Both the position numbers and the translations under genes were made by a program. A model generated the notes under the pieces. That model saw only the letters and a list, made by a program, of their open reading frames with translations. It searched no databases and had not been told where the DNA came from. DNA of 64,000 nucleotides from Azolla caroliniana (taxonomy: Eukaryota > Plantae > Polypodiophyta): positions 11,470,001-11,534,000 of the forward strand of contig JBHGNT010000021.1 in the NCBI GenBank assembly GCA_043228905.1, written 5' to 3'. Each line of letters begins with the position of its first letter. Positions within the stretch are counted from its first letter, which is position 1. This document shows positions 24,820 through 38,929 of this stretch, piece by piece.

Positions 24820-25105
24820 TCCAACCTCCCACATTAGCTATCAATAAGATGATTGGGGTGACCTACTACCAATGACAAAGTTTGCCTACAACAACTCACT
24901 AAATGGGCTACCCGAAGTAACCCCATTCTTTGCAAATATGTTTAAGCTTTCAACATTTCCATCCCCTCCGATTCTAAAAGCCCTTTGGCATAAGAACAAG
25001 CCCATAAACTAGAGGACATATATCATGACCTTTCCTTGGGGTTCACCCTTGCAAGCGAACGATATAAGGATTGACCTGATTGTCATTTATCAAATAACCC
25101 CAACT
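24820..25105 (+). mobile_element. Relic chromovirus-type Gypsy integrase C-terminal fragment
   Basis: DDWGDLLPMTKFAYNNSLNG..VTPFFANM resembles DDWIELLPPIEFIYNNTLHG..VTPFVANY at 38680-38770. Confidence 0.65.
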
Positions 25106-25985
25106 TTGTGTTAGGATCGGAACCAACCACAACCGGTTTCTCTTATACGTGTTCAGGTGCAAAGAAAATGAGCGAGGTAATGCACATATGGGAAAAAAAG
25201 AAAACGAAGAACTCGGAAACGAGACACAGATATTTTACATGGAAAACCCGAAAGGGAAAAACCACGGGGTTCACAAACCCTGAGAAACAGAATCGCTATA
25301 ATCGAGAGGAAATACAACAGTGAGAATCTTAAGGCAACAACCTATGAGTTCTCCTTCGTTAGATTGACGGCTGCAGAGTTACTCACACTCTTACACACAC
25401 ACACACACACTCTCTCCATTTCAGTTATAGAGGCAACTACCTTCAGTAGCTATACAATAATGATCAACTACATAACATAATGATTGCCCTAGATGTATAT
25501 ATACAAATACAACATTCAGGGTATTTACAAATATGGCCCACTAGGGGCACATCGTGACTATTTACAAATATAGTCTCCCGAATTGCCTATATAATCGATT
25601 TTCGATTTTGATTTTCCCATTGGTTCCATCCGATTTGGCTCGTACTCTTCCCATCTGGAGGGACTTGTTTTCCCAACAAACTCCTCCAATCCAGCATGGG
25701 GTACTTCTCCAATTCGACTCTTTGTCGACATGCATTCAACCTCTCCTCCGACAACACCTTCGTCAGCATGTCTGACCCGTTGTTGTTTGTGTGTATCTTT
25801 ACTAGAGAAAACTCCTTTTCTTTTACTCCCTCTCGGAGCCAATGCTATCTTCTTTGGATGTGCTTGGCCCTCGAGTGGTAGGCCGCATTCTTCACAAGGT
25901 GGATGACACTCTGGTTATCGCAGTGGAGTCATAATTCCTCTTGCCGAATTCCCAACTCTCCGATGAACTCCTTCATCCAAATTAT

Positions 25986-28900
25986 TGTTGAGATCGTGAC
26001 CAGCCACAACTAGTTTCCATTCGTAGATTCGTGTGCAGAAATGAACAATCAGACAGAAAACCAAAAAACGAGAAGAACTAGAAGAACTAGAAATAGAAAC
26101 ACGACACAGATTTTAATGTGGAAACCCAAATCGGGAAAAACCACGTGGAATCCACAAACTCCAAAAAAACAGAATCACGATGATGATGAGAGGAGTACAA
26201 CAAGAAGCTCGGAGACAACAACCTCGAGTTCTTCCTCGTCAACAGACGGCTGCGGAGACACACTCGCTCATCCTCATACTCTCTCTCACTTTCTCTTAGT
26301 TACACAAGCAACGACTGCACTAACTATATTACAACAATAATGATGCATTCTTTTACTAAGGTTTGCCCTAGTTATATATATACTTATACAACTTTATGGC
26401 TATTTACATACATAGCCCTCATGGGGCACATTTCAACTATTTACAAATATAGTTTCCTGAGTTGGCTATATCCACGATTTTGGTTTCGGCCTCAATTGAG
26501 TTACTCATCAACTCGGCTCTTCTCTTCCCATCTGGAGGGACCTGTTCCCAACAAACTACCCCTATAGTCTGGCATGGGGTATTTCACTAACCCGCCCTTC
26601 TATCGGCACTTGTTTAGCTTTTCGGCTTACAACACCTTCGTTAGCATATCTAGCAATGGGCCTGGTTCGGTTCGGTTTTGGTGCCTTCAAAACAAACCAA
26701 AGCCTTTATATAAAACAAAAACCAAACCAAACCATTTATGAACATTCGAACATTTAAACCAAACCATTAAAAAAAAAGGTAAACTAAACCATTTAAATCA
26801 AAACCGTTTAGGGAAAAGTTAAAACCAAACCAAAACATTTAATAAAAAGTTTAAACCTAACCACATTTAAGCCAAGCTAATTAAAAAATTAATTAAATAA
26901 AAATACACAAAATTAAATAAGCATTTATGTTAAAATAAATAAATAAATAAGATTAATTGAGCCATTAGATTAAATAAACAATTAAGTTAAGTGAATTAAA
27001 CCAATGAAAAACATTAATTAAACCATTAAATTACATAAACATTTAATGGATAAAAAAAGATAGCCGAAAAACCTATAAACCTATAAACCAAGCCTATAAA
27101 CCTATAAACCTTAGTTTCAAAACCAAACCGAACTGAAACCGAATTGAAATCGAATCGTTTATTATTAATTAAAACCAAACCAAACCATTTAATTATTTTG
27201 AAACTTATAAACCTTTAAACCATGGTTTAACAATTCGGTTCGGTTTAAGCTCAAACTGGGCCCATTGCTAAGCATATCCGATCCATTCTCAGTCGTGTGG
27301 ATCTTCATCAGAGCAAAGTCCTTGTCTTCTACTTGCTCTTGGAGCCAATGGTATCTCCGCTGGATGTGCTTGGTCCTCGAGTGGTAGGCGGCATTTTTCG
27401 CAAGGTGGATGACACTATGGTTATCGCAATAGAGTTGGAATTCCTCTTGCCGAATTCCCAGCTCACCGATAAACTCATTCATCCATATGATTTCCTTGCT
27501 AGCTTCCGCTGCAACCATATATTCGGCTTCCATGGTCGACAACGCCACGGCCTTCTGCAGCCTCGACTGCCACGAAACAACTCCCCCTGCGTAAGTCATT
27601 ACGTAACTGGAAGTGGATCAGATGGTATCCACATCAGCTGACATGTCCGAGTCACTATAGCCTTCCAGTGTGGGATTATCCGAACCGAAACGAAGACACA
27701 CACTCGAGGTGCCTCTCAGATATCGAAGTATCCACTTCACATCAACCCAATGCTCTCTGTCGGGATTGCTCATATATCGGTTGACCACTCCGACTGCGTA
27801 TCCTATGTCTGGCCTGGTACATACCATCACGTACATCAGGCTTCCAAATACCGAGGCATAAGGGACTTTTGACATCTCGGCCTTCTCAGTTTTTGATTTC
27901 GGACATTGTTCTTTGCTTAGCTTGTAGTTCGCCGGCAGTGTCGAGCCGACGGATTTCACGCTTTCCATGTTGAATCTTTGGAGCACTTTTGTCACGTATT
28001 TTTCTTGTGATAGCCACACCAATTTCTTTGTTCGATCTCAAACAATTTGCATCCCCAGGATTTGCTTTGTCGGACCCATATCCTTCATCGAGAACGATCT
28101 ACTCCAGGCCTTCTTCAACACTCAGATCTTCGTATGGTCCCGTTCGACAATCGGCATGTCGTCCATGTACAATAGGAGGATGAGGAAATCTCCTCCGTCG
28201 AATTTCTTCACAAACACATAGTGATCGACCCACGTTTTGTGGTACCCATTGTCGGTCATGAAAGATTCGAATTTTCGGTGCCACTATCGAGGAGCTTGCT
28301 TCAACTCGTACAAGCTCTTCCTCAATCGGCATACAAGATTTTCTTTACCTTTTTCCATGAATCCTTTCGGCTGGTGCATGTATATCTCTTCCTCCAAATC
28401 TCCATGGAGGAAGGCAGTCTTGACATCTAGTTCGATTTCGAGATCCATGCTCGCCGCGATGCTCAACACTATCCGGATTGACGTCATCTTCACGACCGGG
28501 GGAAATATCTCGTCAAAATCGACACCCTTCTTCTACTGAAAGCCTTTCATGACGATTCGTGCTTTGTACCTAGGTGGATTCCCGCTATCTCCAGGTTTCA
28601 ACTTGTATACCCATTTATTCCGAAGTGCCTTCTTACCTCTCGATAGTTCGGTCAGTTCATATGTGTGGTTCTCATGCATGGAATCCATCTCCTCTTGCAT
28701 GGTACTCAACCACTTTCGACTATGGGTATCTTCCTTAGCTTCTTCAAAGCTTTCCGGCTCCCCTCATCGGTTAGTGGTACACGCTCTTCTTCCGGAAATC
28801 TTTGGGGGGGCCTCCTTTCTCTTCTGGGGTATCATCGGCCCCCATTCGGCATGGTTGGTTCTTCTTCGACTGAGTCGAATTCGGTTCTTTGTTCGGCCCG

Positions 28901-31243
28901 TTCCCCTTGTTCTTGAGTCGGTTCTCGATTTTGCCGACTGTTAAATCGACCGATTGGCTCGGATTCGATTTCGATCGAATCGACTTCTACATGTTTTGGC
29001 TGAGCGTCAGTTACTCGGTTCGATTCGGTAGTTGGAGACTTATTCTCAATCTCCCCATCGACTATTATCTTTTCCTCCATGAAGACAATGTCGTGGCTCC
29101 TAATCACTTTCTTCTCGGCTAAGTCCCATAGCCGATAGCCAAATTCATCATTGTCGTAGCCGAGAAATATGCATGGCCGAGATTTCGGGTCCAACTTCCC
29201 CCTCTAGTCCTTTGCCACATGCACATAGGCAAGACAACCGAACACCCTTAGATGTCGGTACGAGATGTCTTTTCCGCTCCACACCCTTTCTGGAATATCA
29301 CCGTCCAAGGGTACTAAGGGTGATCGATTTATTACATATGCTGCCGTCATCAACGCCGCAACCCATAACGTCTTCGGTAACTTAGCATGTGCAAGCATAC
29401 CTCGGACCCTCTCCATTACGGTCCGGTTCATTCTCTCGGCCAACCCATTAAGCTTTGGCATCTTCGGCATGGTATACTCGAGCCGGATTCCCTACGCTCG
29501 ATAATATTCCTCGAATGGTCCACGGTACTCTCTGCCATTGTCCGCTCAGATTGCCTTAAACTTTCAGCTGGTTTCTCTCTCGACCCTCACTTGGAACTCT
29601 TTGAAGACGAATAACACTTGATCCTTCATCTTCAGCACGGAAGCCCATAACTTCGGGCTATAGTCATCAATGAAGGTCACGAAATACTGTGAACCACCAT
29701 GCGACTTCGTATCCACATAGCATACGTTTGTATGCACGAGTTCCAGCGGCATTTTTTTCCTCATCAGGGGCCTTGCACAGAAGGATGTTCGATTCTGCTT
29801 GCTGGCCAAGCAATCCGTGCACTTCTCAAGCTGCACATTCTTCACCTCCGGAATGAGGTTGTCCCTAGCAAGCATTTGCATCCCCTTTTGGCTCATATGG
29901 CACAACCTCTTGTGCCACAATTCACCGACCATGTCGGCTGCCACGTTTGCTTCCCCTTGGCATATTCGAGCATTCATTATGTATCGTGTGTTGGTTTTCT
30001 AGGCTCGCACCACGATCAAGCTACCCTTACAGAACTTCATGACGTCGTTCTGGATGCTACCCGTGTAGCTGTCATCATCAAGCCAACTGGCTGATATCAA
30101 GTTCAGTCAAACCTCCGAGACGTGCCAAACATCTCTCAGCACAAGTCTGCACTCGGTTGAGGTCACCAAACACAGATCTCCAATGCCAACAATTTGGCAT
30201 TCTCCTTCATTTCCCACCTTTACCGATCCGAGATCTCTGGCTTTGTAAGATGAAAAACACTTTTAGTTAGGGGTTAGGTGAAATGACTCACCCGAATCGA
30301 CCACCCATGTCGATTACTTGCCTGCGAGATTCACTTCGTTTTGCTCACTAATGAGTAACAACCCCTCCTCACTCGCGGCGATTGCTAAGGTGTTTTTCCT
30401 GTCTGGGATTTTCTTTGGCTCTACACCATCAGATCCCCCTTTCTCCTTTCGAAAGTGTCAGCAGTTTTTCTGGAAGTGCCCTAGCTTCCCACAGTAGAAG
30501 CACATGGGTCTCCCCCTCGACTTCGACTTGGTCCCCGACTTATCACGGTCCCCGACTTGGTTTCTTCCCCAAATCGGGTCACCCTTCGTAACTAAGGCCT
30601 TCTGGTCGGTATTGAACTCTCGGTCCTTCCGGCGAGCTTCTTCATTCAGCAAGCTTAACTTTACCTGCTCTAGGGATAGATGCTTCCCTTCCGGTCCCGC
30701 ATTGCCCAATGTGACAACCAGCGTTTCCCAACTATTCGGAATGGATCCCATCAACAACAGTGCTAATACCTCGTCGACAAGAGGTACTTCTAGAGAGGTG
30801 GTTTGGTTCATCAAACCTTGGAAGGCATTGATGTGCTTTGCCATACTAGAGCAATCTTGATACCGGAGTCTCAAGGCATTGATGTACAACAAGAAGCTCA
30901 GAGGCATCGATCTTTAGTTCTTCCTCGTCAATAGACGGCTGTAGAGACACACTTGCTCACCCTCATACTCTCTCTCACTTTCTCTTAGTTACACAGGCAA
31001 CGACCTGCACTAACTATATTACAACAATAATGATGCATTCTTTTACTACGGTTTGCCCTAGTTATATATATACTTATACAACTTTATGGCTATTTACATA
31101 CATAGACCTCATGGGGCACATTTCGACTATTTACAAATATAGTCTCCTGAGTTGGCTATATCCACGATTTTGGTTTCGGCCTCAATTGAGTTACTCATCA
31201 ACTCGGCTCTTCTCTTCCCATCTGAAAGGACCTGTTCTCGACA
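25986..31243 (-). mobile_element. Ty1/copia element B nested in copia A; 5' LTR end, PBS and gag start deleted
   Basis: 3' LTR at 25986-26553. 5' LTR remnant 30916-31243 matches 26227-26553. TSD ATTAT at 25981-25985 and 31244-31248. RT/RH, INT and gag fragments lie at 27189-30907. Confidence 0.95.
26651..27270. mobile_element. hAT-family MITE (620 bp)
   Basis: Perfect 12-bp TIR TAGCAATGGGCC. Perfect 8-bp TSD AGCATATC at 26643-26650 and 27271-27278. AT-rich interior with AAACC/GGTT subterminal motifs. Confidence 0.95.
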
Positions 31244-34200
31244 ATTATCTCCTTGTCGGCTTCCGTTCCGGTGCCACGACCTTCTGCATCCTTGACTGCC
31301 ACGAGACAACTCCCCCTGCATACGTTAGTATGTATCCGGACGTGGATTGGCTGGTATCCACATCAACCGACATGTTCGAATTAGTATAACCTTCCAGTAG
31401 AGGTTTACCTGAGCCAAATCGAAGACACACATTCAAGGTGCCTTTCAGGTACGGAAGTATCCACTTCACAACAGTCCAATGCTCTCTTCTGGGATTGCCC
31501 ATGAATCGGTTGACCACATTGACTATGTATCTAATGTCCGACCTGGTACATACCATTGTTTACATCAAGCTTCGGTTGCTTAGGCATAAGGGACCTTACT
31601 CATCTCAGCCTTCTCCATTTTTGATTTCGGACATTGTGTCGCGGATAGTTTGTTGTTTGTCGGTAGTGTCTAACCAACCCGTTTCGCACTTTCCAATGCC
31701 GAATTTCTGGAGCACCTTTGTAACATACTTCTCCTTTGACAACCACAATAGCTTCTTTGTCCAGTCCCGGACAATGTGCATCCCCAAGATTTGCTTTGGT
31801 GGACCCATATCCTTCATCAAGAATGACCTAGTCAAGGCCTTCTTCAAGTTTTCGATTTTCTTCGGGTCTCGTTCGACAATGAGCATGTCGTCCACGTATG
31901 GTAGGAGATGAGGAAATCTCCTCTGTTGAACTTCTTCACAAACATGCAGTGATCGGCCTGTGTTTTGTGGTACCCTTGATCTGCCATGAAGGATTCGAAT
32001 TTTCGGTACCATTGCCGAGGTGCCTTCTTTGAATCCTTCCGGCTACTACATGTATATCTCCTCTTCGATATTGCCATGCAGGAATGTCTTCTTGACATCT
32101 ATTTGCTCGACTTCGAGATCCATGCTGGCTTTTATGCTCAACACCATTCAGATGGATATCATCTTTACTACTAGGACAAATATTTCGTTGAAATTGACAC
32201 CCTTCTTCTGTTGAAAATCCTTCACGACAATTCGGGCTTTGTATTTGGGCGGATTCCCGCCATCTCCCGGTTTCACCTTGTATACCCACTTATTCCAGAG
32301 TGCCCTTTTTCCTTTCGGCAACTCGTTCAATTTGTATGTGTGGTTCTCATGCGAGGAATCCATCTCCTCTTGCATGACACTTACCCATTTTCGGTTGTGG
32401 GTATCTCTCTTAGCTTCTTCAAAGCTCACTGACTCCCCCCCTCATCGGTTAATAATACACGTTCTTCATCTGGAAATCTCCGAGGGGGGCTTCTTTTTCT
32501 CTGGGGATATCTTCTGCCTCCATTCGGCATAATCAGTTCTTCTTCGACTTCTTCGGTCGTGTTGAATTCGGTTCCTTGTTCGGCCGGTTCCCCGTGTTCC
32601 TCAGTCAGTTCTCGATTTTGCCGAGTATTTAATCGGTCGTCTAGTTCGGATTCGACTTCGATCGAATTGATTTCTATTCGATTTCGCCGAACATCGACAC
32701 GACTCGAATCGTTGGCTGGAGACCCATTCTCCATCTCCCAATCGGCTATTGTCTTCTCTTCCATGAAGACGATATCTCGGCTCCTCCTAATCACCTTCTT
32801 GTCGATTAGGTCCCATAGCCGATAGCCAAATTCATCTTTGCCATAGCCGAGAAATAGACACAGCCAGTTCTGGGGATCAAGTTTCCCCCTTCTAGTCCTT
32901 AGCAATATGTACATAGGCCAGGCAACCAAACACTCTTAGATGCCGATATGACACCTCTTTGCCGAACCATACCCTTTGTGGTATGTCACTTTCCAAGGGT
33001 ACTGAGGGAGAGTTGTTTATCACATAAACGGTTGTCATCAGCACCTTGGCCCAGTAAATCTTCGGCAATTTTGCATGTGCCAACATACATCAAACTCTCT
33101 CCATGATAGTCCGGTTCATTCACTCGGCCATCCCATTTAGTTACGACGTCTTTGGCATTGTATACTCTAATCGAATACCTTGGGTTCGGCAATACTCTTC
33201 GAATTGCCCTCGGTATTCACTGCCATTGTTTGTTCAGACCGTTTTTAGTTTTCGGTTGGTTTCTCTCTCGGCTCTTGCTTGGAACTCCTTGAAAACACCT
33301 AGTACTTGATCCTTCGTCTTTAGCACGTAAGCCCACAACTTACGACTGTAATCATCAATGAAGGTTACAAAGTACTGTCCATTGGAATGAGACTTCGCGT
33401 CTACATAACATACATTGGTGTGTTGGAGTTCCAAGACGGTTTTCCTCTGAATCGGGGGCCTCAATCGAAATGCGGCTCTATTTTGTTTGCCGGCCAAGCA
33501 ATCAACACACTTATCCAGATGCATATTCTTCACCTCCGATAAGATTTCTTTTTCAGTTAGCATCTGCATTCCCTTTAGGCTCATGTGGCACAGCCTTTTA
33601 TGCCACAACTCACCGGCTATGTCGGTTGCCACGTTTACCTTGTTTCGGCATAATCGAACATGCATTATATATAGTGTGTTGGTTTTTCGGGCTCTAGCCA
33701 CAATCAGGCTTCCTTTGCAGAACTTCATGACGTCATTCCGGATGTTACCTATGTATCCTTCATCATCCAACCAACCGACTGATATCAGATTCAATTTGGC
33801 TTCCGGAAGGTGCCCAACATCCTTCAACACAAGTCTACACCTAGTTGACGTTGTCAAGCACACATCTCCAATGTCGTCGATCAGGCATGATCCTTCATTT
33901 CCCATATTTACAAATCCGAGATCTCCAGCTCTATAAGATGAGAAGCACTTCCGGTCAGGGGTTAGGTGAAACGACACACCCGAATTGACCACCCATATCG
34001 ATTTATCACCGACAAGGTTCACATCGTTTTGCTCATTGATTAGCAATAACTACTCTTCACTTGTCGCGATTGCCGATGTGTTCTTGTTGTTCGAAATCTT
34101 CTTCGGCTGCACATTCTCGGCTCCCCCCTTTTCCTTTCAAAAGTGTCAACAATTCTTTTGGAAGTGCCCTAAATTCCCACAATGGAAGCACGTGGGCCTT

Positions 34201-34642
34201 CCCCTCAACTTCGACCTTGTCCCTGACTTATCACGATTCTAGGGACTTCGATTTCGGCAATGGATTCTTAGTCCTTCCAGGGAGTTTCCTCGTTTAGTAA
34301 GCTTGACTTCACCTGCTCTAGGGATATATGGTTCCATTCTAGTCTGGCGTTACCTGTCATGGACATGACGACAATCGTGTCATGATTCGAACTCTTAACC
34401 TATTGTATTATAATCATTCGATATGTTTTACCAACACATCCAATACATGGTCATGTTACCTTAGTATATTACTGTAGATTATCTATTCTATGTGTAGGAG
34501 ATTTTAGAAGCTTCCAAAAAGCTCCAGAAGCTTGTGCATGAAAATGAGTCTCTACATGGAACTACATTTAGAGCCCACAAACATGTATAAATACAGGGGT
34601 TCACCTTGGCCGAAAGCATAATTCAGTTCTTGTTCTCTTGTT

Positions 34643-34762
<120 letters not shown>

Positions 34763-37700
34763 ATTGAGCCTCGTATACTCGTTCATAACAGTTTGTTCAC
34801 CTTCCAACTCCAAAGCCTCATCATGTCAGATTCTAACGAGAGCATAAATAAACTATTGGCTGCAATGCATTAACTTCAACTTAAATGAGAATCTTCGGGA
34901 ATCTCTCTAGAAACTCCAAGCTAGAACTCGAATGGAATTGGAGAATGAAGAAACCAAGTCCCCTCCTACATCAAGGAATCTTCGATCTGTAGAGCATGTT
35001 CCCTCGTCAATCCTCGCTCCAATTCCTCTTCACCCCACTTCAATTATAGAACCCAATGTCAATTTACCTAACAAGTTCGATGTCACAAGGGCACGATTCT
35101 AGGGGTTCATAAATTAGATCAAGCTTATTATGCGGTTAAAACCCCAAAGATATGCGGATGATTTTTGCCGAGTTGGCCTCATTGGGATCCTTCTCTCAGG
35201 AGCTACAACTGGTTCGTACCTTTGGTCGAAACATCATCACCACTTCTCGACAATTTTCCTGCTTTCCTAGAAGAGTTCAAGACGACATTTGGGGATACGG
35301 ATCGGTGTCGAACACGCCTTACCAAACTCTAGATTCATTACATTAAGGTAAGCGTCCAGTGTACGTTTATGCATCTGAATTTAGACAATTGGCATGTGAT
35401 GTTCAATGGGATGACCAAGGCCTTCACGACCATTTTTGTCGGGGCCTTCGAAGTGATATTAAGAATCTACTACTAAACTTCCGGGAGCCGACTTCATTAT
35501 CGCAAGCCATCAAGGAAGCAGTCAGTTGTGACAACTGCCTTTTTGAACTTCCAAGAGGAACAAGCAACTTCCAAGTTGTAGCCCTTTCTCCAAATTAAAC
35601 CTATGGTACAACCCCAAGTGACTGCGAGATCTTCTCCAATAACATCATTCAATGATCCTATGCCGATGGAAATTGATCGAGCTCGAGCCCCACTCACCGC
35701 GTCCGAATGACACCATTGACGAACCAATAAACTATGTCTATACTGCAACGCCTCTACCCATCTAATTCGTTTTTGCCCACTCAAAAAAAATCTGCGACAA
35801 GTCTATCCAAACAATCCAACTAGTGAGTGCCAACGTTCGGAAAATGACAGTGTCCAACTACAATAGGAGCCATGCAGTTGGACAACAAACATTCATGTTG
35901 CTCCCATAATTCTACTAACAATTTTTCCTTCCAGGTAACTCTCCGTTTCCAGTCTATTTCAATTCAATCCTTAGCGCTACTTGATTCCAGGGCCACAACG
36001 TGTTTTATGGATGAAATGTTCATTCGTAAACAAAAATTACCCATTGTCTGATTGTCCAAGCCTATCCTAGTCGAAGCTATCAGTGAGGGAATGCTCTCCT
36101 CTGGCACAGTCACCAAAGCCACAGTCCCCCTCATTTTGCAGCTCGGGACCCATCATGAGGCCTTATCATTTTACCTCATTACTTCATCGCGACATCCAAT
36201 CATACTTGGGTTGTCTTGGCTGAAAGTCAATAACCTTGTTATAGATTGGCACAACCACTCACTTACTTTTCAACTGCACTCACATGGAGGTTGGAACAGC
36301 TTCGCATGTTGTTGTGGCCTGAATCATTTTGTATCGAGCACTCCTCCATTCAAGTAGGCAATGGTTCCAACTCATATGCTCACGCCCCAACCACAACACA
36401 CTCCATCTCAATGGGCAATGACTCAGAGTCAAGTACTCCGGCTTTGGTTCCCATGAAAACCAATTTGGACTCACTTCCATCCAAATATGGTGACTTTGTT
36501 GATGTGTTCGAGAAGAAGAATGTGGATCACTTACCGGACCATCGACCATATGATTGTCCAATCAATCTACAAGAAGGCACATCTCCACCCTTTGGGCCCA
36601 TCTATGGTCTCTCTGAACCAGAACTACATGCTCTTCGCACATATCTAGATAGAAATTTGGAGAAGGGCTTCATCTAACTGTCTAAGTCACCAGTTGGGGC
36701 CCCCATCTTGTTTGTGAAGAAAACGGATGGATCGTTGCACCTATGTGCGGATTATTGTGGCCTCAATAAAATCATGATACGTAATTGCTACCCTTTATAC
36801 CTCTAATCCCAAAATTCCTTGGTCGCCTTCGTAGTGCACATGTCTTCTCTAAGATTGACTTGTAGGGGGAGCCTACAACTTAGTTCGGATTAAACCTGAT
36901 GATCAATGGAAAACAACATTTTGTACGTGATATGGACACTTTGAGTACAAGGTAATGCATTTTGGACTCACCAATGCTCCAACTATTTTTAAACATATGA
37001 TGAACGACATATTTCGAGAATATCTTGATCACCTTATCATTATCTACCTTGATGTCATTCTTGTCGTCTCGTCGAGCATTGAAGAGCATACTCACCACGT
37101 TTGATTGATTCTCTCAAAACTTAGGGAGCATGGCCTCTATGCCAAGAGAGAAAAATGTGATTTTGATCACAATTCCATAGAATTTCTTGGTTATTTTATC
37201 TCATCCCAGGGCATCACCATGGATCCAAGGAAAATCAAGACTATCCAAGAATGGGCCACTCCAAAATGAGTAAATGTCCAACCATTCCTTGGTTTCGCGA
37301 ATTTCTACTGGCGATTTATCAAGGGTTTTCCATCATAGTCCAACCCTTGATTGAGGTTACTCGTAAATGGATGTCGTTTCAATGGATTCCATCTACTCAA
37401 CACACCTTCGACCTACTCAAGTTTTTCCCCGGACTCCAATCCTCCTTCACGTCGACACCACTAACCCTTTGCAAGTTGAAACAGATGCCTCTGACTTTGC
37501 CATTGGTGCCATCTTATCCCAACCCGATGATGATGGCATCCTACATCCGGTGGCGTACTACTACTGAAAATTCATAGAGCCAGAAATCAACTATCCCATC
37601 TACGACAAGGAGCTCGCTGTTATAGTGGCAACTTTCACAGAGTGGAGACCTTACATGGCTGGGGTGCAACATCGGTTTCAGGTAATAACAAATCATAAAA

Positions 37701-38929
37701 ATTTATTGTATTTTTCAACAACCGGTACTTTGAATCAACGGCAAGCTCGTTGGTCAAATTTCTTAGCCGACTATGACTTTGAAATTGTTTTTCGACGGGG
37801 GGTACAAAACACGAAGGTTGATGCTCTTTCACGGTGATCGGATTTCGAGTTGAGCCCAAGGGATGATGCCTATGCTCAACAATCTCAATGTTTGCTAAAA
37901 CCAGATCAATTCTAGCTCTTTGCCACATGCATGCTCTATGAAGACTCTTTTCTTGAGAAGATAGCCAAAGCACTTCCCATTGACAAATTCGCCAATACAA
38001 TTAAGGAAGGTCTTACTAATCCGTCTAAACCCAAGAGCAAAGAAGACCTTGATCACTTCAGATTCGAGGGGGGACTGCTTTACCGAGACAAACTCTTATA
38101 TGTTTCGGAGGGCTGGTGTCGAACTCAAGTTCTCCAAAAGTGTCATGAAGACCCCTAGATGGCCATTTTGACATTACGAAGACACTCGAATTAATCTCAC
38201 GAGGAAGTTTGTCAAGGAATTCATCAAGACATGTGATACTTGTGCTCGATCTAAAGTCTTCCAACATATGTCATACGGGTTGCTCCAACCACTTCCCATT
38301 CCAACCGACCTTGGGCATCAATTTCCATGTATTTCATCACTGACTTGCTTGTTGTAGTCCACGGATATGACACAATGCTCTTCATGGTAGATTGGTTTAC
38401 AAAGATGGCTCATTTTGCCCCCTATGCAAAGAATATTTTATCAGAAGCAACAACCGATCTATTTTTAAAGAATGTGGTGTGACTTTGTGGTGTCCCGAAT
38501 GATGTCACCTCAGATAGCGGACCCCAATTTGTCTCTCGTTTTTGACGACGACTCCTTCAAACATTGGGCACAACAATGAATTTTTCTTCGTCCTATCATC
38601 CTCAAACCGATGCCCAAACTGAGTGGGTGAACCAAATTCTCGAGCAATACCTTAGGTGCTCGTTTAGCTACCAGCAAGATGATTGGATTGAACTCCTACC
38701 CCCAATAGAGTTCATATATAATAATACGCTACATGGTTCAACTAGGGTCACCCCATTTGTCGCCAACTATGGTTTCCATCCTCACTTCAGTATTTCCATC
38801 CCTGGCAACTCTGTCAACCAATCAGCGGAAGCACGTGCTCGTATTTTAGCTGACATTCATCAAGACCTCTCCGTCGAGCTCATACTTGCAAGGGACCGGT
38901 ACAAAGCATGGTTGTGTCATGTCATGGAC

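Larger units (their letters stand above)
25109..34354 (-). mobile_element. Ty1/copia element A, degenerate; split by copia B and interrupted in gag by a Gypsy element
   Basis: 3' LTR at 25109-25678 (TGTT...AACA) followed by a PPT. RNase H reads EADKEII|WMKEFIG across the insertion (25985/31244). RT at 31245-32430, INT/protease at 32426-34046, gag up to 34354. Confidence 0.9.
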
